The notes under the pieces: generated by a model
Databases searched by the model: none
The model's input: only the letters and a program-made list of their open reading frames with translations
What the model was told of the DNA's origin: nothing
Translations under genes and position numbers: made by a program
Shown here: piece after piece, positions 11,852 through 23,814 of the stretch
Position numbering within the stretch: position 1 is the first letter of the stretch
How the letters are laid out: each line of letters opens with the position of its first letter
Assembly (NCBI GenBank): GCA_002269645.1
Contig: NIVC01001895.1
Span: 160,109 to 224,108 of the forward strand
Direction: 5' to 3'
DNA: 64,000 bases
Source of the DNA: Macrostomum lignano
Taxonomy: Eukaryota

Positions 11852-12447
11852 CTAGGGGCAGCGACACGCAACACAACACCAATGTCCGTTGACCAAATGA
11901 CCGGGGGGGACACCACAGCAGCCACATTGCAATTGACAATTCCCATTCTGCCATTCATTCCCAACACTGAGACCATAAGGCAAGGGACAAGAGTATTCCT
12001 TTCAATTTTGCGAAAAAAGAAATGAAATTTAAAAATAATAAACAGTAAAATAACAAAGGTACAACACTTAGAAAAATAGTGCATGCATTGTAACTAACAA
12101 ATAACATTTCTAAAAATTATATTTGAAGTATTAGTTACTTTATCATCAAAATAAAAAAGAACAATTCAAGAACTAGTTATTATCAAACATGTTTGAAACA
12201 TTTAAATACTGAGAAACAACTGTGAACATATTATAATGAAACATAGTTTGCGAGGTTTTGGCTACAGATCCAGGCCGCAAGGTGACACATGATGATGCCA
12301 GCCACCAAGTTGCCATACTGTCACGTCGCACAACGCGATGGTTTCCACAGTGTTGTGCCACGTGACATACCACTTGACACCACTGTTGCGCAACATGACA
12401 CCAAGAGAATCCAAAAATGCGACAGACAGTCGTCCGCCTTTTGTCAA
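11852..12447 (-). CDS. Candidate cysteine-rich peptide (partial; signal-peptide exon not located)
   Basis: Putative exons 12447-12371 (donor GTATGT) and 11998-11852 (TAG) splice in phase 0 to DKRRTTVCRIFGFSWCHVAQQWCQVEYSCPLPYGLSVGNEWQNGNCQLQCGCCGVPPGHLVNGHWCCVACRCP*, with 12 Cys after a KRR site. AATAAA lies about 120 nt downstream (11733-11728). Other frames are also open, so this is uncertain. Confidence 0.35.
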
Positions 12448-13670
12448 CTTTTCCAATAGGGAAAGGTTAAAAAGTGATATATTAAGCATAGTAATTTGTT
12501 AAGTAAATTAAATTTGTATCAAAAATATTAAGTCTAGTAGAAAAACTTAGTTTTTTTACAAAAATGATCATAGCACCTAATAGACAAAATGCATAATAAG
12601 AATGTTTAAAGATATGAAAATTTTTAATATTTTTTTTATGTCTTGACTAATTTTTGAAAGGTGTCTTTACTCATGCTAATAAGATCCATCAAATAGAATA
12701 AAAATACTAAAAAAGATTTTATCATTGCACTAGAACCTATAATGTAAGATATAATTATAAGTTTCAACTTTTTAAAACTTAATTTGCATAATCCTTAATG
12801 TCTAACTTATATCTTATTTGCATTTTATTTGTTTATATAATGTACATATGCAAAGTATGAACCTCTTGAATAATAAGCATATTATTATTTCAAAAACATT
12901 TTTAATTTATAGATTAGCCCAATACCAATGCTGCTAAATTAGTAATTGTAATGAAAGTACAATGTAAATTATTTAGTTTTAGTAGTATATCTAATCTAAA
13001 AGAGTAGCATAAGGGTAGCCAACATAAAATTTTTGCTTTCAAAATTCTTTTGTAAATTTTCATATAACCTAAACATATATTTTTTAAAATTAATTGGTTA
13101 TACTTTTAAAGACTTAATAATGATTTATATAATGGCAATAGTTATTTTATCATTTACTAGAATATGATAATGAAGTAGAGCAATTGCTCATTACCAGGTC
13201 CTATTTATTTATTATGCAAAAATAGCCAAGACTATTCATCTTGACTTTAGTTCCTATCAACCTATCCTGTACACCTATTGTACACATAGCTTTATAGCTG
13301 ACAAAATGCAATCATTTCTACTTTCTCAACCATAAAGTCAAAGGCTATAAATTGCTTCCAATGATTCTTTCAAGCCTTGAAGTCATAGTTATTGTGTGGC
13401 CATAGTTATGTCTACATTTCTTGCCTAAAAAACCTCCATATCTATCCATCTGTCCAAAGAATCCATAGCCCAACTCTACCATTAATATTTCTTCAACATC
13501 AATTTCAAATCAAGAAGTCATTTTATTCGAGAGTCTAGAGAGTCTGTAAAACAGGATTTAGATGTTTAAATGCGAGGATTGTGTAAAAGTAGTATAGTAG
13601 GAAAGTAGCATTATTTTAGTCCAGTATGACAAAAAAACAGTTCCAAATTTCATGCCTAAGCTGTATAGCA

Positions 13671-16600
13671 ATGTCCACTGATCCATTCGGCGTTGACTTT
13701 GCCGAACTGACTGGCGCCTACGGCGGTAGCTCGGCTGAACCCGGTGGCACCTCTGCCACCGCCAGTGCGCCATCGAAACGCCGACGTCTGGACTCTGAGG
13801 AAGCTGGCGCCGCGTCAGCAGATTTGAGCAGAGCCGAACGCTTGCTGCAGCAGTTCACCGCATCGACTGCTGCTGTCAAGTCGGAGCAGTCGGCTGTCAG
13901 TCAGAATGCTGCTGAAGACTCCGCTGCGGTAGGTAGCGAAGATCCAGCAGCCAACGATGATGGTGAAGAGCAGCCGCAGGTGGTGGTGCACAAAATCCAG
14001 ACTCAATCGGTCGACTGCACCCACGAAGTGGTGGTTCCGCCTGGCATTGAGTACGACCCGGCTAAACGGCCCGCGGAGTCAAAAACTCCAGCCAAGACTT
14101 ATAAATTCAAATTGGACTCATTTCAACGCGAGGCCATCACTTGCATTGAGCTGGGCCAATCTGTGCTGGTGTCGGCGCATACTTCGGCGGGAAAAACGGT
14201 GAGGGGTGTTTTGTTGAAATCTGTAATTTCCTCCTTCTAAAATCTGGAGATTTACTAGAATGCGGACATTCTCTTATTGAATTCGGGGATTCCCTTCTCC
14301 AACCACGGGATTCCTTCTAGAATCTGGGGATTCCCTTCTAGAACCCTGGGATTACCTTCTAGAACCCCGGGATTCCCTTCTAGAACCCTGGGATTACCTT
14401 CTAGAACCCCGGGATTACCTTCTAGACATCCGCGAATTCCCCTTTAGAACCCGGGAATTCCATTCTAGAATCAGGGGATTCCTTTCTAGAACCTCAAGAT
14501 TCCCTTCTAGAATCCAGGAATTTCCTTCTAGAAACCAAGGATTTCCTTCTAAAACTTAGGAATTCCCTTATAGAATCCGGGGATTCCCTTCCAGAACTCA
14601 GGGATTCCTTTTTAGAATCCCCTTTTTGGATCCAGGGATTCCCTTCTAGAACCCGGAATTCCTTTAAATCCGGAGACTCCCTTCAGGAAATCCAGGGATT
14701 CCCTTCCAAGAATCCGGGGATGCCCTCCTAGAATTCGGGGATTCCTTTCTAGAATTATGGTATTCCCTTCTGAAAATCCAGGGATGCCCTAGAATTCTGA
14801 GATTCGCTTCTAAAACCCAGATATTCCCTGATAGAATCTGGGGATTCCCTTCTGGAAATCCAGGGATGCCATAGAATTCTGGGATTCCTTTCTCTGATCC
14901 AGAAATTCTCCAATAGAATCTGAGGTTTCCCGTCTGGAAATCCGGAGATTCCCTTCTGGAATCCATGGATTTGTCATGATTCATGAAACCCCCCAATAAA
15001 TTCCCCTCAAAAGGCTCTCTGACACTGAAATCTCCCTGGCACTATTAACCCGATCGCAGGTCGTGGCCGAATACGCCATAGCGCTCAGCCTTCGCGAGCG
15101 CCAGCGCGTGATCTACACCACCCCCATCAAAGCGCTTAGCAACCAGAAGTATCGAGAATTCTTTGACGAATTTCACGACGTTGGCCTGATGACTGGCGAT
15201 GTGACTATTAATCCCAACGCTTCATGCCTCATCATGACTACGGAGATTCTGCGCTCCATGCTTTACAGAGGCTCAGAGGTTATGCGCGAAGTTGGCTGGG
15301 TTGTGTTCGACGAGATTCACTACATGCGCGACTCCGAGAGGGGTGTGGTAAGTAGGCTGGGGTGTTCTTGGCACCTGAGTACCTGAGCAGACAAGGTTTA
15401 CTCACTCTAGTATCTGAGCAGACAGCTTTACTCACTATGGTACCTGAGCAGACAGGTTTACTCACTCTGGTACCTGAGCAGACAGCTTTACTCACTCTAG
15501 TACCTGAGCAGACAGCTTTACTCACTCTAGTACCTGAGCAGACAGCTTTACTCACTCTAGTACCTGAGCAGACAGCTTTACTCACTCTAGTACCTGAGCA
15601 GACAAGGTTTACTCACTCTAGTACCTGAGCAGACAGCTTTACTCACTCTAGTACCTGAGCAGACAGCTCTACTCACTCTAGTATCTGAGCAGACAAGGTT
15701 TAATCACTCTAGTACCTGAGCAGGCAAGGTTTACCAATGAGTCCCGCTCACTCGAATACCTGACGCTGCCATTCTAAGAATCGCTCACCGACCCCCCACT
15801 GCGCAGGTGTGGGAGGAGACCATCATTCTGCTCCCAGACGCAGTTCACCACGTGTTTCTATCCGCCACCATCCCTAACGCTCGCCAATTTGCCGAATGGG
15901 TTTGCGCCCTGCACCGTCAGCCGTGTCACGTGGTTTACACTGACTACAGGCCGACCCCGCTGCAGCACTACATGTTCCCCTGCTGCGGCGATGGCCTCCA
16001 TCTGGTTGTGGATCAGGAGGGCAATTTTCGTGAAGAGAATTTCGGCCAGGTGATGGCGTCATTAGCCAAGGCAGGAGGGAATTCCCAGTCCGATATGGCC
16101 AATCGCGGTCGTAGGGGCGGATTTAAAAGTGCAGAGACTCACTGCATGACTATAGTTAAGGTGAGAGTGCTTTGTGTACTTTTAAATATTTCTCAGTACT
16201 TTTTACACGCTTTTATTATAAAGTACTTTGTGTACTCTATACTCGAGTGATTTTACAGCTTGTAAGCGCTTATTATTTGTGTAAATTGTGGAATGTACTT
16301 TTATTTCCGCTAACCTACTGGTATTTTTACTATTTGTATATTAATCTTTCACATAGTTTTGCATGCATTCCCTGTGATTAACCCAGGTGATCATGGAGCG
16401 CAGCCTGGAGCCGGTCATTGTTTTCAGCTTCTCCAAGAAAGAATGCGAGATCTACGCCCTGCAGATGGCCAAGCTGGATTTTAACACGGCTCAGGAGAAG
16501 GCCTTGGTTGAGGAGGTGTTTAATAACGCCACAGGCGGCCTGTCTGAGGAAGATCGCAAGCTGCCGCAGGTGGAGTCTGTGCTGCCTCTGCTCAGAAAGG

Positions 16601-19600
16601 GCATCGGCATTCACCACGGCGGCCTGCTGCCTCTGCTCAAGGAGACTATCGAGATTCTGTTTCACGAGGGCCTCATCAAATGCCTGTTTGCCACAGAGAC
16701 ATTCGCTATGGGGCTGAATATGCCGGCTAGGACTGTGCTGTTCACCTCGGCTAGGAAGTTCGATGGTGGGTGTTGGATTGATTTGTGTCTGCTGTGTCTG
16801 TCTGTATCTACCGGTGTGTAATCCTGTGTCTGTTCTCTGTCTGCCGTGTCTGTTCTATGTCTGTTCTGTGTGTCTTCTTGTGTCTGTTCCGTGTGTCTTC
16901 TTGTGTCTGTCCCGTGTGTCTTCCTGTGTCTGTCCCGTGTGTCTTCTTGTGTCTGTCCCGTGTGTCTTCCTGTGTCTGTCCCGTGTGTCTTCTTGTGTCT
17001 GTCCCGTGTGTCTTCCTGTGTCTGTCCCGTGTGTCTTCCTGTGTCTGTCCCGTGTGTCTTCCTGTGTCTTCCTGTTTCTGTTCTTTGTCTGTTCTGTGTG
17101 CCTTTTTGTGTCTTCTTGTGTCTGTCCCGTGTGTCTTCTTGTGTCTGTCCCGTGTGTCTTCTTGTGTCTGTCCCGTGTGTCTTCCTGTGTCTGCTCTGTG
17201 TGTCTTCCTGTGTCTGTTCTGTGTGTCTGTCTGTTCTGTGTGTCTGTCTGTCTCCTCAATCGCAGCCATTGCCAGATATCATCTTGGCATTACTCTCCTG
17301 TCTGCCAGCTAGCCTACAATCCCACTCTTCTCTCTCCCCGTCAGGCAAGAACTATCGCTGGATCAGCAGCGGCGAGTACATCCAGATGTCCGGCCGCGCC
17401 GGGCGCCGCGGTCTTGACGATCAGGGCACCGTCATTCTCATGGTGGACGAGACCATGGGCCACGCCACGGCCAAGAACATCATCAAGGGCAGCCCGGACC
17501 CGCTGAACTCGGCATTCCACCTCACCTACAATATGATTCTGAACCTGCTGAGAGTGGAGGACATCAATCCGGAGTACATGCTGGAGCGGAGTTTTCACCA
17601 GTTTCAAAACTACGCCAGCATTCCGCAGCTGCTGCAGAGGATTCGCGAACTCCGCTCTGGCATCGCAGAGTGTCGAGTTGAGGACGAGGAGGGCGTCGCA
17701 TCTTATCAGCAGATCCGGCAGCACCTGAAATCCCTCAATGAGCAGATGTGGGCGGTTATTAGGCAGCCAAAGTACATACTGGCCTTTCTACAGGTATATA
17801 AGTATTCTGCTCCAACCATCCTATCCTCTATCAATCTATTCTATCCTATCCATTCTATCCTATCCATTCTATCCTATCCATTCTATCCTATCCATTCTAT
17901 CATATCCATTCTATCCTATCCATTCTATCCTATCCATTCTATCCTATCCATTCTATCCTCTATCAATCTATTCTATCCTCCATCTATTCTATCTATCCAT
18001 TATATCCTCTCAATCCATTCTATCCTATCCATTCTATACAATCCAATCAATCCTATCAATCCATTCTATCCTATCCATTCTATCCTCTATCAATCTATTC
18101 TATCCTATCCATTCTATCCTCTATCAATCTATTCTATCCTCCATCTATTCTATCTATCCATTATATCCTCTCAATCCATTCTATCCTATCCATTCTATCC
18201 AATCCAATCAATCCTATCAATCCATTCTATCCTATCCATTCTATCCTATCCATTCTATCCTATCCATTCTATCCTATCCATTCTATCCTATCCATTCTAT
18301 CCTCTATCAGTCTATTCTATCCTCCATCTATTCTATCTATCCATTATATCCTCTCAATCCATTCTATCCTATCCATTCTATACAATCCAATCAATCCTAT
18401 CAATCCATTCTATCCTATCCATTCTATCCTCTATCAATCTATTCTATCCTATCCATTCTATCCTCTATCAATCTATTCTATCCTCCATCTATTCTATCTA
18501 ACCATTATATCCTCTCAATCCATTCTATCCTATCCATTCTATCCAATCCAATCAATCCATTCTATCCTATCCATTCTATCCAATCCAATCAATCCATTCT
18601 ATCCTATCCATTCTATCCTATCCATTCTATCCTATCCATTCTATTCTCTATCAATCCTCCATCTATTCTATCTATCCATTGTATCCTATCAATCTATTCT
18701 ATCCTATCCATTCTATCCAATCCATTCTATCCAATCCATTCTATCCAATCCATTCTATCCTATCCATCCTATCAATCTATTCTATCCTATCCATTCTGCT
18801 CTATCCATTCTTTCCTATCAATCCATTCTATCCTATCCATTTTATCCTTTCTATCTTATCCATTCTGCTCTTTCCATTCTATCCTATCAATCTATTCTAT
18901 CCTATCCATTTTATCCTATCAATTCTATCCTTCCATTCTATCAATCCATTCTATCCTCATTCTTTCCTACCCATTCTAATCTTATCCCCATGTTATCCAT
19001 GTTATCCCCAAATGTTATCCCCACTAATTTACACAGTTCGCTGACAAATTATACTACTCAGCTATTCAATTCTAAGTAGCAATCTAAGCGCATATTTCGC
19101 AACAAACTTTGCGCAGGAAGGTCGCTTAGTCCAGGTGCGCACTGATCAGCACGACTTCGGCTGGGGCGTGGTTGTGGGCGTCAGCAAGAAGCAGCACGAC
19201 AATCGGGTGCTCAATCCTGAGCCCTACTACGTTGTTGACGCGCTGCTGCGCGTGGCGCCAAACTCGGCGCGCGAGAAACACGTTTCGCTAATTCGGCCGG
19301 CGCCTGAGGGAGAGCCCTGCGATTTTGAGGTATTTTTGGCAAAGTTTTATTTTCAGTAGCAGTTTTGGGCACCAAAAAATTGCCTTTTTGCTCGCCTGAA
19401 GAATCGCCCCTGACTTACCTGTAGAATAACCCCTGACTCACCTGAAGAATCGCCCATGACTCGCCTAAAGAATCACCCCTGACTCACCTGAAGAATCGCC
19501 CCTAACTCACCTGAAGTATCACCCCTGACTCACCTGAAGAATCGCCCCTGACTCACCTAAAGAATCGCCCCTGACTCACCTGAAGAATCGCCCCTGACTC

Positions 19601-21857
19601 ACCTGAAGAATCGCCCCTGACTCACCTGAAGAATCGCCCCTGACTCACCTGAAGAATCGTCCCTGACTCACCTGAAGAATCGCCCCTGACTCACCTAAAG
19701 AATCGCCCCTGACTCACCTGAAGAATCGCCCCTGACTCACCTGAAGAATCGCCCCTCACTCACCTGAAGAATCGCCCCTCACTCACCTGAAGAATCGCCC
19801 CTGACTCACCTGAAGAATCGCCCCTGACTCACCTGAAGAATCGCCCCTGACTCACCTGAAGAATCGCCCCTGACTCACCTAAATAATTGCCCTTGACCCA
19901 CCTGACTTGACGTCACCAAATTGCCCCTAAATCTAAAAAGTCACCCTCCCCCGCAGGTGGTCCCCATCAAGCTGGAGCTGCTTTACGGTATCAGCGCAGT
20001 CCGCCTTCACGTGCCCACCGACCTCCGACTCGAAGTGAACCGCCGCGCCGTCCTGCAGTCAGTTGGCGCCGTCTTCCAGCACTTCAAGACCGGCCCGCCT
20101 CCGCTGGACCCGTTGAAAGATATGAAAATTCGCGAGGAGAAATTCGCCGATCTGGTTGCTAAGCGAGACGCCTTCAACGAGCGTTTAGAAAATCACTGGC
20201 TAGCAGACAGTGACCGGCTGCCGAAACTGCTGGAGCAGCTGGAGGCCAAGTCGGCTCTGCAGGCTCAGCTGACTGAGGCTCAGTCTGAGCTGGCCCAGCG
20301 CCGGGCCCTGCTGCAGTTGGAGGAGCTGAAGTGTCGCAAACGGGTGCTCAGGCGGCTGGGATTCGCCACACAGTCGGACATTATCGAGCTGAAAGGTCGA
20401 GTAGCCTGCGAGATCGATTCCGCTGATGAGCTGGTGCTCACCGAGTTGCTGTTCAGTGGAGCTCTTAACGATTTGACTGCTCAGCAGGTGAGACTTATAA
20501 CAGCATTTTGAGCACCCTTTCGGTACTCTCTGGAGTGTGAGTACACCCTGCACCCTGTTCACCGCAATTTCATGTGCTCTGTACACCCTTCACTTTGTAC
20601 TCTGTGAAAAATGTATATTACCAAGCAGTATGTGTAACTGGGTCATGTACACCCTGTGTCATGTACACCCAATATCATGTGCACCTAAAATCATGTGCAC
20701 CCAGAATCATGTACACCCAGAATCATGTGCACCTAAAATCATGTGCACCCAGAATCATGTACACCCATAATCATGTACACCCAGAATCATGTACACTCAG
20801 AATAATGTGCACTCAGAATCATGTGCACCCAGAATCATGTGCACCCAGAATCATGTGCACCCAGAATCATGTACACCCAGAATCATGTGCACCCAAAATC
20901 ATGTACACCCAGAATCATGTGCACCCAGAATCATGTACACCCAGAATCATGTGCACCCAAAATCATGTACACCCAGAATCATGTGCACCCAGAATCATGT
21001 GCACCCAGAATCATGTACACTCAGAATAATGTGCACTCAGAATCATGTGCACCCAGAATCATGTACACCTAGAATCATGTACACCCAGAATCATGTACAC
21101 CCAGAATCATGTGCACCCAAAATCATGTACACCCAGAATCATGTGCACCCAGAATCATGTACACCCAGAATCATGTGCACCCAAAATCATGTACACCCAG
21201 AATCATGTGCACCCAGAATTATGTACACCCAGAATCGTGTACACCCAGAATCATGTACACCCAGAATCATGTACACCCAGAATCATGTGACCCAGAATCA
21301 TGTAAACCCAGAATCATGTGCACCCAAAATCATGTACACCCAGAATCATGTACACCCAGAATCATGTACACCCAGAATCATGTACACCCAGAATCATGTG
21401 CACCCAGAATCATGTGCACCCTACAAACTCCCAACCGCAGGTCGCAGCCCTGCTATCGTGCTTCATCTTCGAGGAAAAGGCCTCAGAGCTGCCGGACCTG
21501 TCAGAGGAGCTGGCCGTGCCGCTGCGAGCTCTGCAGGACACGGCCAGGCGGGTGGCTCGAGTGTCTACCGAGTGCAAGGTGCCGCTAGACGAGGAGGCCT
21601 ACTGCGAGTCGTTCAAGCCGCACATGATGGACATTGTGGCCGCCTGGAGTTCCGGCGCTTCGTTTGCCAAGATCTGCTCAAAAACTGACATATTCGAGGG
21701 CTCAATAATTCGATGCATGCGTCGGCTGGAGGAGCTGCTCAGGCAGATGTGCAACGCTGCCAAAGCCATCGGAAATGCTGAGTTGGAGAATAAATTCGCG
21801 GAAGCAATCGTGTCAATTAAAAGGGACATTGTGTTTGCGGCCAGCTTGTATCTCTAA
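13671..21857 (+). CDS. MTREX: Exosome RNA helicase MTR4 (SKIV2L2/MTREX), DExH Ski2-like, ~1052 aa
   Basis: Exons 13671-14198, 15060-15347, 15807-16160, 16387-16765, 17345-17793, 19117-19329, 19957-20487, 21441-21857; total 3159 nt, in frame, all GT-AG. Motifs [55 protein letters not shown], and the diagnostic C-terminus [13 protein letters not shown]. Confidence 0.97.
14285..14960. repeat. Degenerate ~19-20-bp minisatellite (GGGATTCCCTTCTAGAA core), MTR4 intron 1
   Basis: Tandem diverged units seen directly. Confidence 0.85.
15378..15730. repeat. 30-bp minisatellite (TAGTACCTGAGCAGACAGCTTTACTCACTC)n, MTR4 intron 2
   Basis: About 11-12 near-identical copies. Confidence 0.9.
16790..17252. repeat. 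GTGTCT-rich minisatellite, MTR4 intron 4
   Basis: Units such as GTGTCTTCTTGTGTCTGTCCCGT; explains the Cys/Val-rich pseudo-ORFs. Confidence 0.9.
17812..19010. repeat. (TATCCTATCCATTC)-type minisatellite, MTR4 intron 5
   Basis: About 1.2 kb of CTATC/CCATT units. Confidence 0.9.
19405..19885. repeat. 23-bp minisatellite (CTCACCTGAAGAATCGCCCCTGA)n, MTR4 intron 6
   Basis: About 21 near-identical copies. Confidence 0.92.
20640..21420. repeat. 16-bp minisatellite (AGAATCATGT(G/A)CACCC)n, MTR4 intron 7
   Basis: Regular array; explains the QNHVHPESC pseudo-ORFs. Confidence 0.92.
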
Positions 21858-21949
21858 GTGCAAGCTGATATGGACCGCATTATTTCATTAAATATGTTTC
21901 TAAGAATAACATTTATCCTATTCCGTTCTCAATGATGTAATACTGCTCA

Positions 21950-22620
21950 TTTCTAAGAATCACAGTCACGTCTGTTTCTAAGAATTCGTTCCGGTCTCTT
22001 TCTAAGAATCACAATCCAACCAATTTCTAAGAATCGGAATCCAACCAATTTCTAAGAATCACAATCCAACCAATTTCTAAGAATCGCAATCCAACCATAG
22101 AATCGCAATCCAACCAATTTCTAAGAATCGCAATCCAACCATAGAATCGCAATCCAACCAATTTCTAAGAATCGCAATCCAACCAATTTCTAAGAATCAC
22201 AATCCAATCCATTTCTAAGAATCACAATCCAACCAATTTCTAAGAATCGGAATCCAACCAATTTCTAAGAATCGCAATCCAACCAATTTCTAAGAATCGC
22301 AATCCAACCAATTTCTAAGAATCGGAATCCAACCAATTTCTAAGAATCACAATCCAACCAATTTCTAAGAATCGCAATCCAACCAATTTCTAAGAATCGG
22401 AATCCAACCAATTTCTAAGAATCACAATCCAACCGATTTCTAAGAATCGCAATCCAACCATAGAATCGCAATCCAACCAATTTCTACGAATCGCAATCCA
22501 ACCAATTTCTAAGAATCGCAATCCAATCCATTTCTAAGAATCGCAGTTCAAACAGTTTCTTAGAATTGCAATAATTCAAATACTAAAATTATTTCTAAGA
22601 ATCAAAATCGATCCCATTTC
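21950..22620. repeat. 25-bp minisatellite (ATTTCTAAGAATCGCAATCCAACCA)n downstream of MTR4
   Basis: Tandem copies in 25-bp register, e.g. 22261 and 22286. Confidence 0.92.
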
Positions 22621-23006
22621 TAGGAATGAGAACTCAACCCGGTTCTAGGAATGGAAATCCCACAGATATTTGTTATCAAACGCGTGCTTCTGTCATAAAA
22701 ATATGAAATTCTATGTGTAACAATTATTAACTTTAAATTACAATTCAAACCCTTTCTGTTAATTATTCGGTAATTCTGTAAGGATGGCTAGGCATTTTAA
22801 TTTGCTTTGCATTTTTTGGCCCCAACTTGGTGTTGCTGAAAAGAAGTTAAACTAGCATAAATCTGCCGACAGCGTGTTGTTGACTTTGTGTAGAAATATA
22901 AAACAACTGTTATTGTAGACGCCATTATTGGTTATTTAAAAAGGCAGCTGCCGATACAGCGTCTTATTATGCATCTTTAATAACTTTCAAAATATGCAGC
23001 TGTGTA

Positions 23007-23663
23007 CGAGGGGCGTCCGGAAAGTAGTGTTACTATTACTCGGTGTGGACGTATGGAAAGTTGCACTTGCATGAGTTTGGTGTCATTTGAAAGTGGCAAG
23101 TCTCTTCTTTAAAATGATACCAATTGCAAGAGATTTGAATACGTGCTTCAAGAGATATGGATAATCAAGTAGAGAAAGGTCGGTCATAGACTGACACAAG
23201 CAAAATTACAAGCGAACAACGTTAAAATCACTCATCGGTTGGCAGAGTTGTCTTCTCAACGTAGTCACCACCAGACATGACGCACTTCTCCCATCGGTCT
23301 CGCATCTTGTCGATGGCGTCTGTGTACAGAGTTCTCGGAATCTGGTGCAGCAGGACCCTCCTAACCTCGCTCTCCAATTGATCGCGACTGTTATGGACTC
23401 AGCACAGCAACTGCAGTCTTAGTTTTCTGAGGCAGCCCCTCTCATTTGCTGCATTGAATTTGGCCATAGACAGTTTATGCATGCGAGAAAAATCGATAAA
23501 AGTTCAAGCTGAATGCTATTTTTAGCCTAAATTTTAGCTTGTGTCAGTCTATGACCGACCTTTCTTTATTTAATTATCCATATCACTTGAAGCACGTATT
23601 CAAATCTCTTGCAATTGGTGTCATTTTAAAGAAGAGACATGCCACTTTCAAATGACACCAAAC
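23007..23663 (-). mobile_element. Internally deleted mariner (Tc1/mariner) element with long TIRs
   Basis: Left end TA|CGAGGGG (TA at 23005-23006). Inverted arms about 23074-23208 and 23531-23663. The minus-strand interior encodes a mariner transposase C-terminus, ...AIDKMRDRWEKCVMSGGDYVEK...* (stop 23228-23230). The right terminus is truncated. Confidence 0.85.
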
Positions 23664-23814
23664 ATTCAAAGTCTTCTCTATGCAAAAAGAGATTAGCAGA
23701 ATAACAATATGCATAATACAAGTTGCTGACAATGTAGTGCATCTGTGCATTTTACAGCACTGAAAAGCTTTTTGCAAGAGAGAGTTGAGACGAGATTATA
23801 AAGTTGGATAGATA

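Noticed and set aside
16763-18979. 551-aa and 413-aa ORFs running through MTR4 introns 4-5
   Set aside because: Repeat-derived low-complexity translation; only 17345-17793 is a real exon.
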